From a virus, in the IMG/VR virus record IMGVR_UViG_3300045988_160493: a DNA stretch of 40,051 bases. One strand, 5' to 3'. The notes below the pieces were generated by a model. The model did not search any database. It was not told the origin of the DNA and saw only the letters and a list, made by a program, of their open reading frames with translations. Positions 25,246-35,412 of the stretch are shown here, one piece after another (position 1 is the first letter of the stretch; the number at the start of each line of letters is the position of its first letter). The translations under genes were made by a program, and so were the position numbers.

Positions 25246-25538
25246 GTTCCATTTATATCAACCTCAACATATTTCATTAGCAACCTGAACATATCCTCGT
25301 TTTCCTTGTATTCTCCAACCTTTGGGATAAGGTTTAGTGGATATGTCATACAAATACGCCTATTGTCAAATACGTCCATTTGACTTACCCTGTATCTCTT
25401 GGCATTAAGCTCTATCAGCTTATACTTTTGAGCTTCCATAGGTGGAACTTCTTTGATTTTAAACGTCTTGTTCTCGATTTTGATTTCTTTTTCTTGTCGC
25501 ATAATAAAAAGATTGTTGAGGTTGAGTATAAATGTCAA
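25026..25538 (-). CDS. tail assembly chaperone (gpG analogue); start uncertain (TTG 25538 or ATG 25502)
   Basis: Between tube and tape-measure genes; overlapping -1 frame ORF downstream with T8 slippery run. Confidence 0.6.
   Translation of the reverse strand: MTFILNLNNLFIMRQEKEIKIENKTFKIKEVPPMEAQKYKLIELNAKRYRVSQMDVFDNRRICMTYPLNLIPKVGEYKENEDMFRLLMKYVEVDINGTWVKLDNDELIRQNVSAMACFELEKEVIDLTTGFFSSGKLQDYTRDIVDLVLRNVITTLMNSLEQSSPAEEQV
25143..25149 (-). other. slippery heptamer T TTT TTT (X XXY YYZ) for -1 programmed ribosomal frameshift
   Basis: + strand gaaaaaaaac at 25141-25150; in the chaperone frame reads GGT TTT TTT TCG, -1 frame reads TGG TTT TTT TTC. Confidence 0.55.
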
Positions 25539-25560
25539 TTAAAACGTGTAAAAAGCCGCA

Positions 25561-25992
25561 TTAAGCGACTTTCGACACGCCTTGGAACGTATAAGTCCTT
25601 GTAGCAAAGCTACCGTCGGCATTTGCCGTATTGTCCATAGGAGCTTCTGTCATTTTGAAGTCTCCATAAATGGACTTAGAGCCATTCACTTCTTGTTTGT
25701 AGATTTGAACGCTGTCGATATTCGGCGTCAAGGACTGCGGTCTCGCATAAGAAGCCATAGCCTTTAAGTTGCGGTCATCTTCCGAGTTCGGAATAACCGA
25801 AATTCTCAAAGTTATGACATTCGGCGTACTCCAAGAAATCTGGTGGCAATTCAAACCAACAGAAACATTTGCAATCGTCGAGTTGTCAACTTCCCAAAAC
25901 GTTCCGTCGGCAGGAGCTTGCGTCAATGTTATTCCTTGCGGAAACAACAAGTCAATTAACGTTATCTTTGTTCCTATTGCGGTAATATCCAT
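25561..25992 (-). CDS. tail tube protein (143 aa)
   Basis: Size and position between sheath and chaperone. Confidence 0.5.
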   Translation of the reverse strand: MDITAIGTKITLIDLLFPQGITLTQAPADGTFWEVDNSTIANVSVGLNCHQISWSTPNVITLRISVIPNSEDDRNLKAMASYARPQSLTPNIDSVQIYKQEVNGSKSIYGDFKMTEAPMDNTANADGSFATRTYTFQGVSKVA

Positions 25993-26010
25993 ATTCCAAT
26001 TCTCCTTTTT

Positions 26011-27552
26011 TTATTGTGCAGTTGTTAAAGCAATGTGTGTACCCTCTACCTTGCGGATTTGGTCAGCCGCTCCGTAGATAAGCAAGAATGAGAAGAACTT
26101 TTCGCCAGTCTGTGCGTCGGTCTCAATCGTAGAATTAAACCAGAAGCCATTTTGCTGAATAGCCTGCCAAGCCATATCGTCGCCAGTCTGCGCCTCAATA
26201 AACGCCTTTTCGCTCGGAGTAATGGTCTTGTTGCGAATAATTACGCCGTTGCTAATGCCCTGCGACCAAACGTCGTTCAAGTTTGCTTCAATCTTTCCCT
26301 TACCGTCCGCATTTGCGGGTATGCTGTCATTGAGCAAAAACAAATTGAGCGTATTAACGATAACGCTGTTTTTCAGCCAAATTGCATTGAAAGCAATCGT
26401 CATATCAGCAAACTGACCCAAGCACTTGCCTCTCTGGAAGAAAGCAATCAATTTGCCCGCAGTCTGAGTTGCGCCATAATAGTTAACTTTCAAAGCGTCA
26501 AGAGCGTCCGAAACAGCCCCTGTTGAAACTGTCGGAGTGTCGCCAGTAAACTTCTGAAACATAAAGTTTACGCTCGCGTCGGATTTCTGGAAGTCAACGC
26601 ACGCTCCAATAGCCATAGGCTGGTAAACCTGCAATTCGCTAAGATTGTCATAAACCAAAGCGCAATCGTAGTCTTTAAGAGCGTTAGCGTATGTAGCCGC
26701 AATGTTCTGCGTCTTTACCAATATCATATAAATGTACTGGCTGTTTGCATTTGTATTCCATTCGGCAACCGCCTCAATGTCGGTCAAGTCAAGCTCTTCT
26801 ATAAACGCGAATGTGTAGCAGTTGTCGCTGGCGTCCATTACGCGCTCAACTTCCTGAGCAATGCTATTTGCGCCAGAGTTGCCGTCGGAAAGGATTGCAT
26901 AATCAATGCTCCAACCCAAGACGCTTGCCAATGTACCCTCGCAAGCTTGGAAAGAGCCATAACCAGTGGGAAGCGTCAAAACAAACCTGTATCCATTGCC
27001 CTCAACGTTTTCATAGCTTACAGTCGCCGCCGAGAACGGAGTTGCTTCGCCAACTTGGATTGTTCTAATTGCTTTCTGCAAGGCAGTAGCAACATCAGCA
27101 AGAGAAGAAGCAGCGGTAATTTCGCTTGCAAGAGCTGTGAGGTTATCGCCCGCAACCGAACCACTCTGCAAACCCAAAGACGGGTCAACATAGCTTACAG
27201 TCAAGGATAAATCGCTTGCTGCCGCCTGTATCGCCGTAAGCGAAAACGTATTAAAGCCGCTCAAAATGGAAGCCCCAACTGCGCTTGTGGTGTAGCGTGC
27301 AAAAGAAATCAATTTAGGCTGTTTGTTCCTCTTGGAGATAAACTTGAAATACTTATTTGCATAAGCATATTCATCTGAACTCTGACCGAAGTACAACCCA
27401 ACGTTCTTTGCGCTTGTAAACTCCAAAACTTTGCCCATAGGTGCAAGAGCGTTTGTCGTGAACCAGCGACCCATTGTAGATTTGAAAAATACTTCCGGTG
27501 AGCCACCCGCCAAAGAAAGTATCTTAACATATTTGCTAATCGGTATTGCCAT
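26011..27552 (-). CDS. tail sheath protein (putative, DUF3383-like)
   Basis: 513 aa, immediately upstream of tube gene, contractile-tail module synteny. Confidence 0.55.
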   Translation of the reverse strand: MAIPISKYVKILSLAGGSPEVFFKSTMGRWFTTNALAPMGKVLEFTSAKNVGLYFGQSSDEYAYANKYFKFISKRNKQPKLISFARYTTSAVGASILSGFNTFSLTAIQAAASDLSLTVSYVDPSLGLQSGSVAGDNLTALASEITAASSLADVATALQKAIRTIQVGEATPFSAATVSYENVEGNGYRFVLTLPTGYGSFQACEGTLASVLGWSIDYAILSDGNSGANSIAQEVERVMDASDNCYTFAFIEELDLTDIEAVAEWNTNANSQYIYMILVKTQNIAATYANALKDYDCALVYDNLSELQVYQPMAIGACVDFQKSDASVNFMFQKFTGDTPTVSTGAVSDALDALKVNYYGATQTAGKLIAFFQRGKCLGQFADMTIAFNAIWLKNSVIVNTLNLFLLNDSIPANADGKGKIEANLNDVWSQGISNGVIIRNKTITPSEKAFIEAQTGDDMAWQAIQQNGFWFNSTIETDAQTGEKFFSFLLIYGAADQIRKVEGTHIALTTAQ

Positions 27553-27553
27553 A

Positions 27554-28183
27554 TTATATGTCCTTATTTGTTGTTGTTAATGCGTGAATTGTTGTTGAAA
27601 ATTTGCTTATAAGCTCATCTTTATTCTCTGCCTTAATGAAGTCTGAATATTTCCCAATAAGCTTTTCCCTAACGACCAAAGTTATCGTGAAATTAACAAA
27701 CCTTGTATAAACATCTTCGTCCGTCGAAGCTACCGCATCTCTGATTAAAGACGTATCTAAAATCCCATATCCAAGATTGCTTAACGCTTTTACCCCAAAA
27801 TCGCTCAAAAACCACGCTCTAAGCGATTGTGCGACGTCAATAGGGGAAACATACCCCAAAAGAGATTGCTCGCTTTCTGAGGCATTTAAAAGCGTTTTAG
27901 GGTCTTTGAAGAAATGTATGTCGATATGGATTTTTCGATAGTAGCTGATTTCCGATGTGCCGTTTTTATAATTTTCTTCATTCGGCTTGTACTTCGTCGA
28001 TACCCAACCGTACTTTTCGCCCTCAAAATAGTTCATTAAAATTGTAGGAGACGGCAACTCTTGAAAGCTTGGTTGTGCAAACTGTAAAACTGATGCGCCC
28101 CAATCATCATAGCCATAATCTTCGCAGAACTGGCGTATCAATCCTCCAATTTCGCTATAAATTATCTGTTCGGAAGTTATCAT
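27554..28183 (-). CDS. neck / tail-completion protein (209 aa)
   Basis: Synteny only. Confidence 0.3.
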   Translation of the reverse strand: MITSEQIIYSEIGGLIRQFCEDYGYDDWGASVLQFAQPSFQELPSPTILMNYFEGEKYGWVSTKYKPNEENYKNGTSEISYYRKIHIDIHFFKDPKTLLNASESEQSLLGYVSPIDVAQSLRAWFLSDFGVKALSNLGYGILDTSLIRDAVASTDEDVYTRFVNFTITLVVREKLIGKYSDFIKAENKDELISKFSTTIHALTTTNKDI

Positions 28184-28545
28184 CTCGTCTTATTCCCCAC
28201 TACTATTAGCTCATTCCACCCATTGTAAGTGTGCCAAGCCGTATTGCCTATCGATTTCCACTGTTTGCCGTCAAATTCAAAAATATCCGAAGAAAGTTGC
28301 CCCTCCAACGCCACTGCGCTTGTGGGAACAAACACGCGTCTATGCTCTTCTTGCATATTCAGCCCCAATTCTTGATAAACCCTTGTGGAGATTGGCTGAA
28401 CCGAAGCGTTTGATATTGTTATCGGGTCTGCATACGTCGGAACTTTCACGCCATTGCTCGCAATAGTGTTTCCTAAAAACTTCTTATAGACAACACTCTT
28501 CGGGGGTATTGTCTTTAAAGCCTTTAATAGCAAATTCCCTAACAT
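28180..28545 (-). CDS. neck / tail terminator-like protein (121 aa)
   Basis: Synteny only. Confidence 0.3.
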   Translation of the reverse strand: MLGNLLLKALKTIPPKSVVYKKFLGNTIASNGVKVPTYADPITISNASVQPISTRVYQELGLNMQEEHRRVFVPTSAVALEGQLSSDIFEFDGKQWKSIGNTAWHTYNGWNELIVVGNKTR

Positions 28546-28546
28546 C

Positions 28547-29095
28547 TTATTTTCTCTTCCTCTTCACTTGGTAGGCAACATTGTCATACATCGAGCCAGT
28601 CTCCAACAACGGCTTTCTGCGCCTAATGCCCTTTTTGCGCCTAATCTGCAACGTCGTCTTTGTAAGAGGCTGTCTTTCCTTGTTCGGCTCAATTATGCTT
28701 TTGCGTATCTTCGACACAACAAACTTTCCTACGTTGTCCATTCCCTCTTTTAATTCCGCAGAAGAACCGCCCTGCAACGCCTTGTTGTAGGCGTCCTTTA
28801 ATTTCTTGGCTATCTGCGCCTTTGCGCCCTCAATCGCAGGTCTAATGAATGGTCTTGCGGGAACGTCCTTATTAGGTATCCAAGAACCCTCGCCAGTGGT
28901 AAATCCAAATTCCTGTAAAAACGCTTTTGTAGCGTCTTTTTCGTTGTTCCAACCCACATTAAGCTCCAATTTGCTCAATGCGTCCAGTACCCTCTTAATC
29001 TTTTGCACGCGAGGCTTATACGAACTCTGCACTCGAAAATCGACTGTGCCTGTCGTCCTATTATATCCTCCTACAACTGTGCCGTACTGTGCCAC
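28547..29095 (-). CDS. head-tail joining / virion morphogenesis protein
   Basis: C-terminal KPLLETGSMYDNV resembles the PLL-x-TG-x-L motif of phage morphogenesis/neck proteins. Confidence 0.4.
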   Translation of the reverse strand: MAQYGTVVGGYNRTTGTVDFRVQSSYKPRVQKIKRVLDALSKLELNVGWNNEKDATKAFLQEFGFTTGEGSWIPNKDVPARPFIRPAIEGAKAQIAKKLKDAYNKALQGGSSAELKEGMDNVGKFVVSKIRKSIIEPNKERQPLTKTTLQIRRKKGIRRRKPLLETGSMYDNVAYQVKRKRK

Positions 29096-29097
29096 TG

Positions 29098-29574
29098 CTA
29101 TTTAGTCCAGAAAAATCTGTTGAATGTTCCCCCAACGTATCTCACTGTCGGGATATGCGCCATAAGCAAAGCATACAACATTTTGCCGTATTCCGTCGAG
29201 TTTAGCCAACTCTGGTAAAGCGAAGTTATTGTCGGCATCGCCAATTCAACTTGTACTTCGCCAACTTTCGCCTTTTGAGATAGCCCAACAGCCGCCGATA
29301 CCCCGCCAACAAGCGGAGAACCACTCTCGCCTTGCATATATGTCCAAATTGTAAGCAAGTGAGCAATCATCATCATTAACGCCTGCTCCCTACAATCAGG
29401 TTTTAAACAGCAACAATTAAGATTTGAAACATAGCAGTAGGCAAGATTTATAAACCGAGTTATAACCGCATCGGTATAAGGAGGATTGCCAAATTCTGGA
29501 TATGCCTCCCTAAATTCTTCTACTGTTATCTCTATCGGATTTTCTCTCGCCATACTGCCTGTTCCAATTCTCAA
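29098..29574 (-). CDS. head-tail adaptor-like protein (DUF4054-like); probable start at internal ATG 29553
   Basis: ENPIEITVEEFREAYPEF N-terminus; downstream of capsid gene. Confidence 0.35.
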   Translation of the reverse strand: MRIGTGSMARENPIEITVEEFREAYPEFGNPPYTDAVITRFINLAYCYVSNLNCCCLKPDCREQALMMMIAHLLTIWTYMQGESGSPLVGGVSAAVGLSQKAKVGEVQVELAMPTITSLYQSWLNSTEYGKMLYALLMAHIPTVRYVGGTFNRFFWTK

Positions 29575-30051
29575 TTATTTACTCTTCTTTGAACCCTTTT
29601 TCGCGCCTTTGGTCTTTTTAACGCTCTTTACAGAAATCTCAACTTCGTCGTTCTCTTCCTGTTCCTGCGTCTCAACCAAAATCTCGCCATTCTTGTTGGC
29701 AACTTTTACGTCTTTGCCAACGTCGGCGATTGTGCGCTGAGCGGACTTGTCCTTTTCCTGCATATCTTCAATTACGGCGTCTTGATTTGTTTTCAAACCA
29801 ACTACCGAAATCCAGCAGCCCTTTTCAAAGGCTACGAAAGCAGGATTTTTCCTCAAAACTTCCAACTCCTCGTCGGAAACCAGAGTGCCAAAACCGCTCG
29901 GAACAACAATGCCGTCCCAAACATTAGCTCCTCCACCTATTTTAATCTTCCGCACTACGGTCTTGTTCCCAAGCGCGTCGGTTTCATAGGTCTCAAAGTT
30001 AACACTTTGGGACAGCGTTGATACAATCTTATGTGTTTTCTGCTTAGCCAT
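29575..30051 (-). CDS. structural protein with Lys-rich C-terminal tail (158 aa)
   Basis: KSVKKTKGAKKGSKKSK tail; directly downstream of capsid gene. Confidence 0.3.
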   Translation of the reverse strand: MAKQKTHKIVSTLSQSVNFETYETDALGNKTVVRKIKIGGGANVWDGIVVPSGFGTLVSDEELEVLRKNPAFVAFEKGCWISVVGLKTNQDAVIEDMQEKDKSAQRTIADVGKDVKVANKNGEILVETQEQEENDEVEISVKSVKKTKGAKKGSKKSK

Positions 30052-30088
30052 ATTATGTCGCCTTTATGTTAAGTTTTATATCGATTGT

Positions 30089-31201
30089 TTATGCGCCTAC
30101 CTTGCGAACTACGCCAATGCCGTATCCAACAAACGCACCAGCCGTAGCATTCGAGTAGGTTTCCTTAAAGTATGTGTCGCGGCGTTCAAAGCCAACCAAG
30201 AACATTCTCTGCTGAACAAACTGGTCAACATTCTTTTCGCCGTCAACTTCTTCCGCGACAACGTACACAACATTCTGACCGCCCAACGCGCCGTCAAACT
30301 GCGGAACGTAATGGATTTCGCCTTTCGGATATGCGCCCTTGAACCAAGCTTCAACCGAGCCAGCAAAGCCATTTGCGCCATACTGCGGAACAGCAGTCAT
30401 CGACTGAGAAGCCGCCATTGGGAGAATGAGCTTAAATGCGTCGGTGCTTGCGTCAAAGTTGCCATTGAGCTTCAATTCAAGCTCGCGAACCATACCGCGA
30501 ATGTCGTTGACGATTTCAATGTAAGTCTTGTCTTTGAGCATTGTCGAGCCAGACGCGCCAACAGACAATGTGCCGTAAGCGGGAAGTCTCGGGTCATTCA
30601 GCAAGCCGTAGTTAGCCTTGTTGCCGTAATTGAAACCGTTGAACGCAACCAAATTCCTCTGGATTTCCAAAGCATTGGTCGTTGCAACCATTTTCTTTTC
30701 CTTTGCGTCAAGCCTCATACGAGCAACCTGAGCTGCTTCCAAAGTGCCAACCGAAACAGTTGAGAGGAAGCGCACAACAGAACGCTTGTTGAAGTTGACA
30801 TTGAAGTTGCTGTTTTCACCGTTGACATAGTCGCCATACAACGCTACGTCGCCGAGAGTTTCAACTTCGGGAACAACTACTTCTTCGTCTTCCCAAGAGC
30901 CAGCATTTACAACGCCCATAATCTCGTCAGCCTTGCGACCAGCATAAATGGTCTTGATGACTTTCGGAGACCACCACTGCAAAAGCTGAACAGGAGTGCC
31001 AACTGAGGGAACAGTCGCCATTTCAGCGGCGTCAAAGCCATAAGACGAGGCGTTGCGGATAATTTCATTCTTTGCAACGTCTGAGAAGCCCAAGCCAGCC
31101 GCCGAGAATACTCCAACGTCCGCTTCGTCGTATGTAGCCTTGTAAAGGTCAGCTTTTACGCCTGCCCCGATACGAGATTTTTCTTCTAAATTACATTTCA
31201 T
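30089..31201 (-). CDS. major capsid protein (DUF2184-like family)
   Basis: 370 aa; downstream of DUF2213-like scaffold gene, the conserved DUF2213-DUF2184 pairing; position after portal. Confidence 0.6.
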   Translation of the reverse strand: MKCNLEEKSRIGAGVKADLYKATYDEADVGVFSAAGLGFSDVAKNEIIRNASSYGFDAAEMATVPSVGTPVQLLQWWSPKVIKTIYAGRKADEIMGVVNAGSWEDEEVVVPEVETLGDVALYGDYVNGENSNFNVNFNKRSVVRFLSTVSVGTLEAAQVARMRLDAKEKKMVATTNALEIQRNLVAFNGFNYGNKANYGLLNDPRLPAYGTLSVGASGSTMLKDKTYIEIVNDIRGMVRELELKLNGNFDASTDAFKLILPMAASQSMTAVPQYGANGFAGSVEAWFKGAYPKGEIHYVPQFDGALGGQNVVYVVAEEVDGEKNVDQFVQQRMFLVGFERRDTYFKETYSNATAGAFVGYGIGVVRKVGA

Positions 31202-31223
31202 CTTTCTTGCCTTTCTTTAAAAC

Positions 31224-32027
31224 TTAAACTTGCGGGATAAAGCCAATCTTTACAACCGAACCAGCAGTACCGCCAACTACAACTTGGCAACCCTTAATCT
31301 GTGTCTGACCAGAGCTTGCTGTGCCAGCGGAAAGAACGCCAGTTGCATTCGTGAAGAATACGCCGTCGCCAACGTTAGCGTCGTTTGCCAAAGCCACGAA
31401 AATGTAGCCAGACTTAGCCATTGCGCCAGAAACGCCGTCGGGAACGTTGAGTGTCGGGACAAGACCGTTGTAAATCGCCTGATTGTGCGGATTTACAAAT
31501 ATGCCCAAGAACGCTCCTGTTCCGCCCATAACAGCCGAAGAGCCGTCAGCGTCAAGCGTAAACGCTCTGCCGATTGTAGCATTTGTACCCGCGATTGCGT
31601 CAACGCCACCAGACATATCAGTGATTGTTATATTTTCGCTGTCGGTAGAAAGCGTATAGCCATTGCCAACAACGCCCGTCTGTCTCGCTGTCAAAGCGAC
31701 CACTGCGGAAGAAGCCACTCCCGAAAAGAACGGGGAAGTCGCGTTAATCGCCGTCGCCAAGTTTGCAGCAGTACCGCCCGCATTTGCGCCAATTTCTACT
31801 TCATAGGGAGTAGCAGGAGTGCCACTTACAAATGTATAGTCAACACCGTTTACCACAACCTTTTCTGCCGCCGTCGGCTGGTTATCTATTTCAATAGAAC
31901 CAGTAGCCGCAACAGCCGCCGAACCATTAGAACCCTTTACAACATAAGCAACAGCCGATTTGAGAGCATCGTTAACCCAAGTCCCAATCGTGCCGATTGC
32001 CTGTTTGATATTTACCTGTGTTTGCAT
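31224..32027 (-). CDS. Ala/Gly/Thr-rich structural protein (267 aa), possible head decoration
   Basis: Position between scaffold and capsid genes; low-complexity A/G/T/V composition. Confidence 0.35.
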   Translation of the reverse strand: MQTQVNIKQAIGTIGTWVNDALKSAVAYVVKGSNGSAAVAATGSIEIDNQPTAAEKVVVNGVDYTFVSGTPATPYEVEIGANAGGTAANLATAINATSPFFSGVASSAVVALTARQTGVVGNGYTLSTDSENITITDMSGGVDAIAGTNATIGRAFTLDADGSSAVMGGTGAFLGIFVNPHNQAIYNGLVPTLNVPDGVSGAMAKSGYIFVALANDANVGDGVFFTNATGVLSAGTASSGQTQIKGCQVVVGGTAGSVVKIGFIPQV

Positions 32028-32048
32028 TTTGATTTTCCTTTTGTTGAA

Positions 32049-33443
32049 TTATTTAGAAAATATTTTGTTTAGCCTGCTCTTTACTTCGTCTTCCAAATTT
32101 ACCGCCTTATGCTGTTCATTTGCGTCCAAAGTAAATACAACTTTATGAGCGGACTTCGCCGAGATGAAACCATTGATTGTGGCAACTGCATTGCCGTTAG
32201 TTTCAAGGTTGAGCTTCTTGCAAGCTTCTTCCGCCATTTGCTCTACGCTTTCCATAGAGTCATAGGTGAATTTGCCGCAATGAGGGAAAACCTTAGAAGC
32301 AAAGTCGTCCATAGCACGAATGGTCTTGATTGCCTCTTCTTTCGCCTGCTTGCGAATTTCGTCGGCGTCCATACCGCAACCGTCTTTGGTTTCTTCTTCC
32401 TTTACTTCTTCTTTCTTTTCCTCTTTTACCTCTTCCTTTTTCTCTTCCTTGTCGTCCGCTTCCGATTTTTCAGAACCATTGTAGGCAATTTCTTCTGCCT
32501 TGCCAATGATTGTGCGGATAATTTCGTCGTCAAGGTCTTTGCTTTTGAGGATACCGCCAATCTGGTCAATCAGCTTGCGCTTATCAACCTTTTCGTCCTC
32601 CACCTTTTTGGTGGTGAAGCCAGTCTTGCTGTCTTTATCCTTTTTGACAACAATCTTGTCTTCTGTATCCTTTTTCTTCTCTTCTTCGGCGTCGCCCTTT
32701 TCAGACGCTTTGGATTTTTCCTCTTCGTCTTTTTTAGGTTCTTCGTCTTCGGAACGAGTATATTTGTTTGCGTCTATCCATTCTTTGTGTTCAGGGAATT
32801 TTGCGTAAAGCTTTTCCGCAGAAACAAATTCGTCAGACGTCTTTTTTTCGACCTCTTTCTGTTCTTTGTCTTTCTCCATTATAACTTCCTTTTCTTTGTT
32901 GTTAATGTCAAATTCAACACTATCAAAAGTGTTTGCTTCGCGAAAATCATAAACCCTCATTTCAGAACCCATACGACCATTCTTCACAAGTGCCAAATGG
33001 TTTCCGCGCAAATTCCTCTGAATAAAGTCATACCTTTGACCATTAAAAACGCCTCTGCTTCTCTCATAAACAGATTTGTAGCCAAGCGAAAGCTCTTTTA
33101 CGCCATTCAAAATTTTGTTCTTCATTGCTTCCGACCAAATCTTCAAATCGCCAAAAAGCTTGCCAGCCTTGTACTTAACGTTCATAAGCACGCCATTTGC
33201 GGGTCTCCTATCATAAGGAGTGCCTCCCTTGCCCAACATTTCGTGGTCAATAATAAAGGGAACGCCATTAAATGTTTCGGCGGCTTTTTCCAACTCTTCG
33301 GCTGGTCTATAAACAGGATAAAGCTTGCCCTCTTCCAAGTCGGGATACCCAATCATTTTCCCGCTATACATATAGACACCCTCTGCCGATAGCGGATTAT
33401 CCCTAATCAATTCATACGAATTGGAGTCAACTTCTTTTGCCAT
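32049..33443 (-). CDS. DUF2213-like prohead scaffold/core protein with long K/E-rich acidic-basic central region
   Basis: N-terminal SGKMIGYPDLEEGKLYPVYRPAEELEKAAETFNGVPFIIDHE; central ~150 aa of KEEKKEE repeats. Confidence 0.5.
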   Translation of the reverse strand: MAKEVDSNSYELIRDNPLSAEGVYMYSGKMIGYPDLEEGKLYPVYRPAEELEKAAETFNGVPFIIDHEMLGKGGTPYDRRPANGVLMNVKYKAGKLFGDLKIWSEAMKNKILNGVKELSLGYKSVYERSRGVFNGQRYDFIQRNLRGNHLALVKNGRMGSEMRVYDFREANTFDSVEFDINNKEKEVIMEKDKEQKEVEKKTSDEFVSAEKLYAKFPEHKEWIDANKYTRSEDEEPKKDEEEKSKASEKGDAEEEKKKDTEDKIVVKKDKDSKTGFTTKKVEDEKVDKRKLIDQIGGILKSKDLDDEIIRTIIGKAEEIAYNGSEKSEADDKEEKKEEVKEEKKEEVKEEETKDGCGMDADEIRKQAKEEAIKTIRAMDDFASKVFPHCGKFTYDSMESVEQMAEEACKKLNLETNGNAVATINGFISAKSAHKVVFTLDANEQHKAVNLEDEVKSRLNKIFSK

Positions 33444-33631
33444 TATTTGCCCATAAATATATGTCGCAACTTCCCCTCTCTATTTTCACACCAAAAATTT
33501 TTATAAATGCTTGTCAACATTTTTTTTAAAATTATTTATTTTTTTGTGAAAGGTTGGGGAAGCCTCCCCACCACTCGGTGGGGAAGCCCAACTTCTGGTG
33601 TGCGACATTCACCAAAGCTGTTTTAATCTGA

Positions 33632-35314
33632 TTATTCATTTGTATTCTCTTTATTCTCCTCTTCAACCAATAGGTCAGCCTTTGTCTTTCCCCTTATCGG
33701 ATTGTTTGTCGCTTTTGGCATTGGTCTGCCCATATTGTCTTTTTCCACAGAGAACAATTTTTCTTCGTCATCAGAAAGTTCAGGCGGTTCAGGGTCAAGC
33801 GCATTAAAGCCACTGTTGGGGTCGCCAATCAATCTAATGCGCTCTTCCTTGCGGTCAGTAATCTTTGCGGAAGTTCTCATTACAGAGGTTCTTGCGTCGA
33901 TTTCCCTAACCTTAGCCTTTGTCAACTCGTCGGGAGTGTCAATCGGATTAAATTCCACAATAATATTCTTTACTTTGCCAAATTCCGATTTTGTCATAAG
34001 CATATTATGGAATTTGATTATTTGCAAGTAGTCGTTCGACTGAATTGATTTCAAGTGTTGCTTGTAGTCGTTAAGCTCAAATGAGCCAGAAGAATTTAAA
34101 CCCTTAATTGCCAGTTTAAATAGCTTTTCTGCGGGAATTTTTGCGATAGCGCAAATTCTCTGCATACAAGCATTGATAACTTCCTCCAAGCCAGTAAGGG
34201 AAGTGTCCATTTGTGAGACTTCCGAGCCGATTTGTTTTACCCAAATGCCATAATTGCTATGCAATTCCGCCGTAGCGTCCAAAAGAGCGTTAACTTCTTG
34301 CGGATTTGCCATATAATTGCTCATTTCAGCGTCCGCAACGTAGCTTCTCTTCGTCAAAAGCAACAGCATAGCCTCATTCAACGCCTTTTCATAAGCATAA
34401 ACCGCTTCATAGATTTGCTGAACCAATGAAACACCGCCAAAGAAGTATGTAGGCTTTAAAAAGTCCGCCACATTTGAATGTATGAGCTTTATTACCCAGC
34501 TTCTGTGTATTCTTTTGTAGCCTTGCTTTCCTGTTGGGAATGAATACCAAGTCGGCTCGTAATAATGCTTGCTTGTTGGGTCTGTAAGGCTTTCTTGGTC
34601 GAAATCATAGGTAATCCAATATGGGTCAACCACTGTCAAACCTGTATAACTGTCTCTATCAATGTCATTTATGTCAAATTCCTTTTCCATATCAACTTCT
34701 TTGTTGAATGTAGGAATGACCAATGCCCACCCAAATTGAGCTTTGTTAACAAATGCTTTTACGCAAACGTCCTTTATGCCGTATTTGTCTTGGCTTCGCT
34801 CTACAAATTCTTCCAATTCGCCAACTTTTGCCTTTTTGCTCCCATTTGGATACATAATTTTATATCCAGAAGCCATAGCATCTATCGCAGGCATCGTGCA
34901 GGCATTGTCAACAATCGCATTTTGCCTTATGATTGCGCAATTTTGATAGCCAATGAAGATTTGCTTGTACTTTGATATGATTTCGTAAGACAAATCAGGC
35001 TTAAAAGCAGTTGCGGCATACTCGCACTCGGCGGCGTCCATTGAATAGCTTTCAATTTTGCCGTCTGGCATAACTCGAAAACCCTTAAAATTCTCGATTG
35101 TGCGCTGAATTATCTCTTTTGACCTTGTTGCCACGCTAAATTTCGGCTTTTTAACAACGTCGGCGATGTCTTTTATCATTTTAGACCACGCCAAAGCCTT
35201 AATTTCCCGCTTGGACAACTTTTCTTTCGCAAAATTCATTGCGTTATCTGAAATCTTCTGCGTCTTTACGGTTTTTTGCCTCTTTACGCTCTTTTCAATC
35301 TTTTCGCTTCCCAC
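33632..35314 (-). CDS. portal protein (putative; track start is GTG)
   Basis: 560 aa directly downstream of large terminase; aaagggg RBS before start. Confidence 0.55.
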   Translation of the reverse strand: MGSEKIEKSVKRQKTVKTQKISDNAMNFAKEKLSKREIKALAWSKMIKDIADVVKKPKFSVATRSKEIIQRTIENFKGFRVMPDGKIESYSMDAAECEYAATAFKPDLSYEIISKYKQIFIGYQNCAIIRQNAIVDNACTMPAIDAMASGYKIMYPNGSKKAKVGELEEFVERSQDKYGIKDVCVKAFVNKAQFGWALVIPTFNKEVDMEKEFDINDIDRDSYTGLTVVDPYWITYDFDQESLTDPTSKHYYEPTWYSFPTGKQGYKRIHRSWVIKLIHSNVADFLKPTYFFGGVSLVQQIYEAVYAYEKALNEAMLLLLTKRSYVADAEMSNYMANPQEVNALLDATAELHSNYGIWVKQIGSEVSQMDTSLTGLEEVINACMQRICAIAKIPAEKLFKLAIKGLNSSGSFELNDYKQHLKSIQSNDYLQIIKFHNMLMTKSEFGKVKNIIVEFNPIDTPDELTKAKVREIDARTSVMRTSAKITDRKEERIRLIGDPNSGFNALDPEPPELSDDEEKLFSVEKDNMGRPMPKATNNPIRGKTKADLLVEEENKENTNE

Positions 35315-35412
35315 GTCTGCCCCTTTGTTAGGTTAATGTTTAAAAAAATTAAGAATTTTCCCTCTTTTTTTAACGAAAAAGCCGTTTTTTTTGAAAAATC
35401 AAGCAATTTTTA

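Noticed and set aside
31230-32072. 280-aa + strand ORF rich in R/S/C/N
   Set aside because: Antisense of the Ala/Gly/Thr-rich structural gene 31224-32027; GC-rich codon mirror with no recognisable fold.
32109-33392. 427-aa + strand ORF full of F/L/V runs
   Set aside because: Antisense of the lysine/glutamate-rich scaffold gene (AAG/GAA codons read as CTT/TTC). Compositional artefact.
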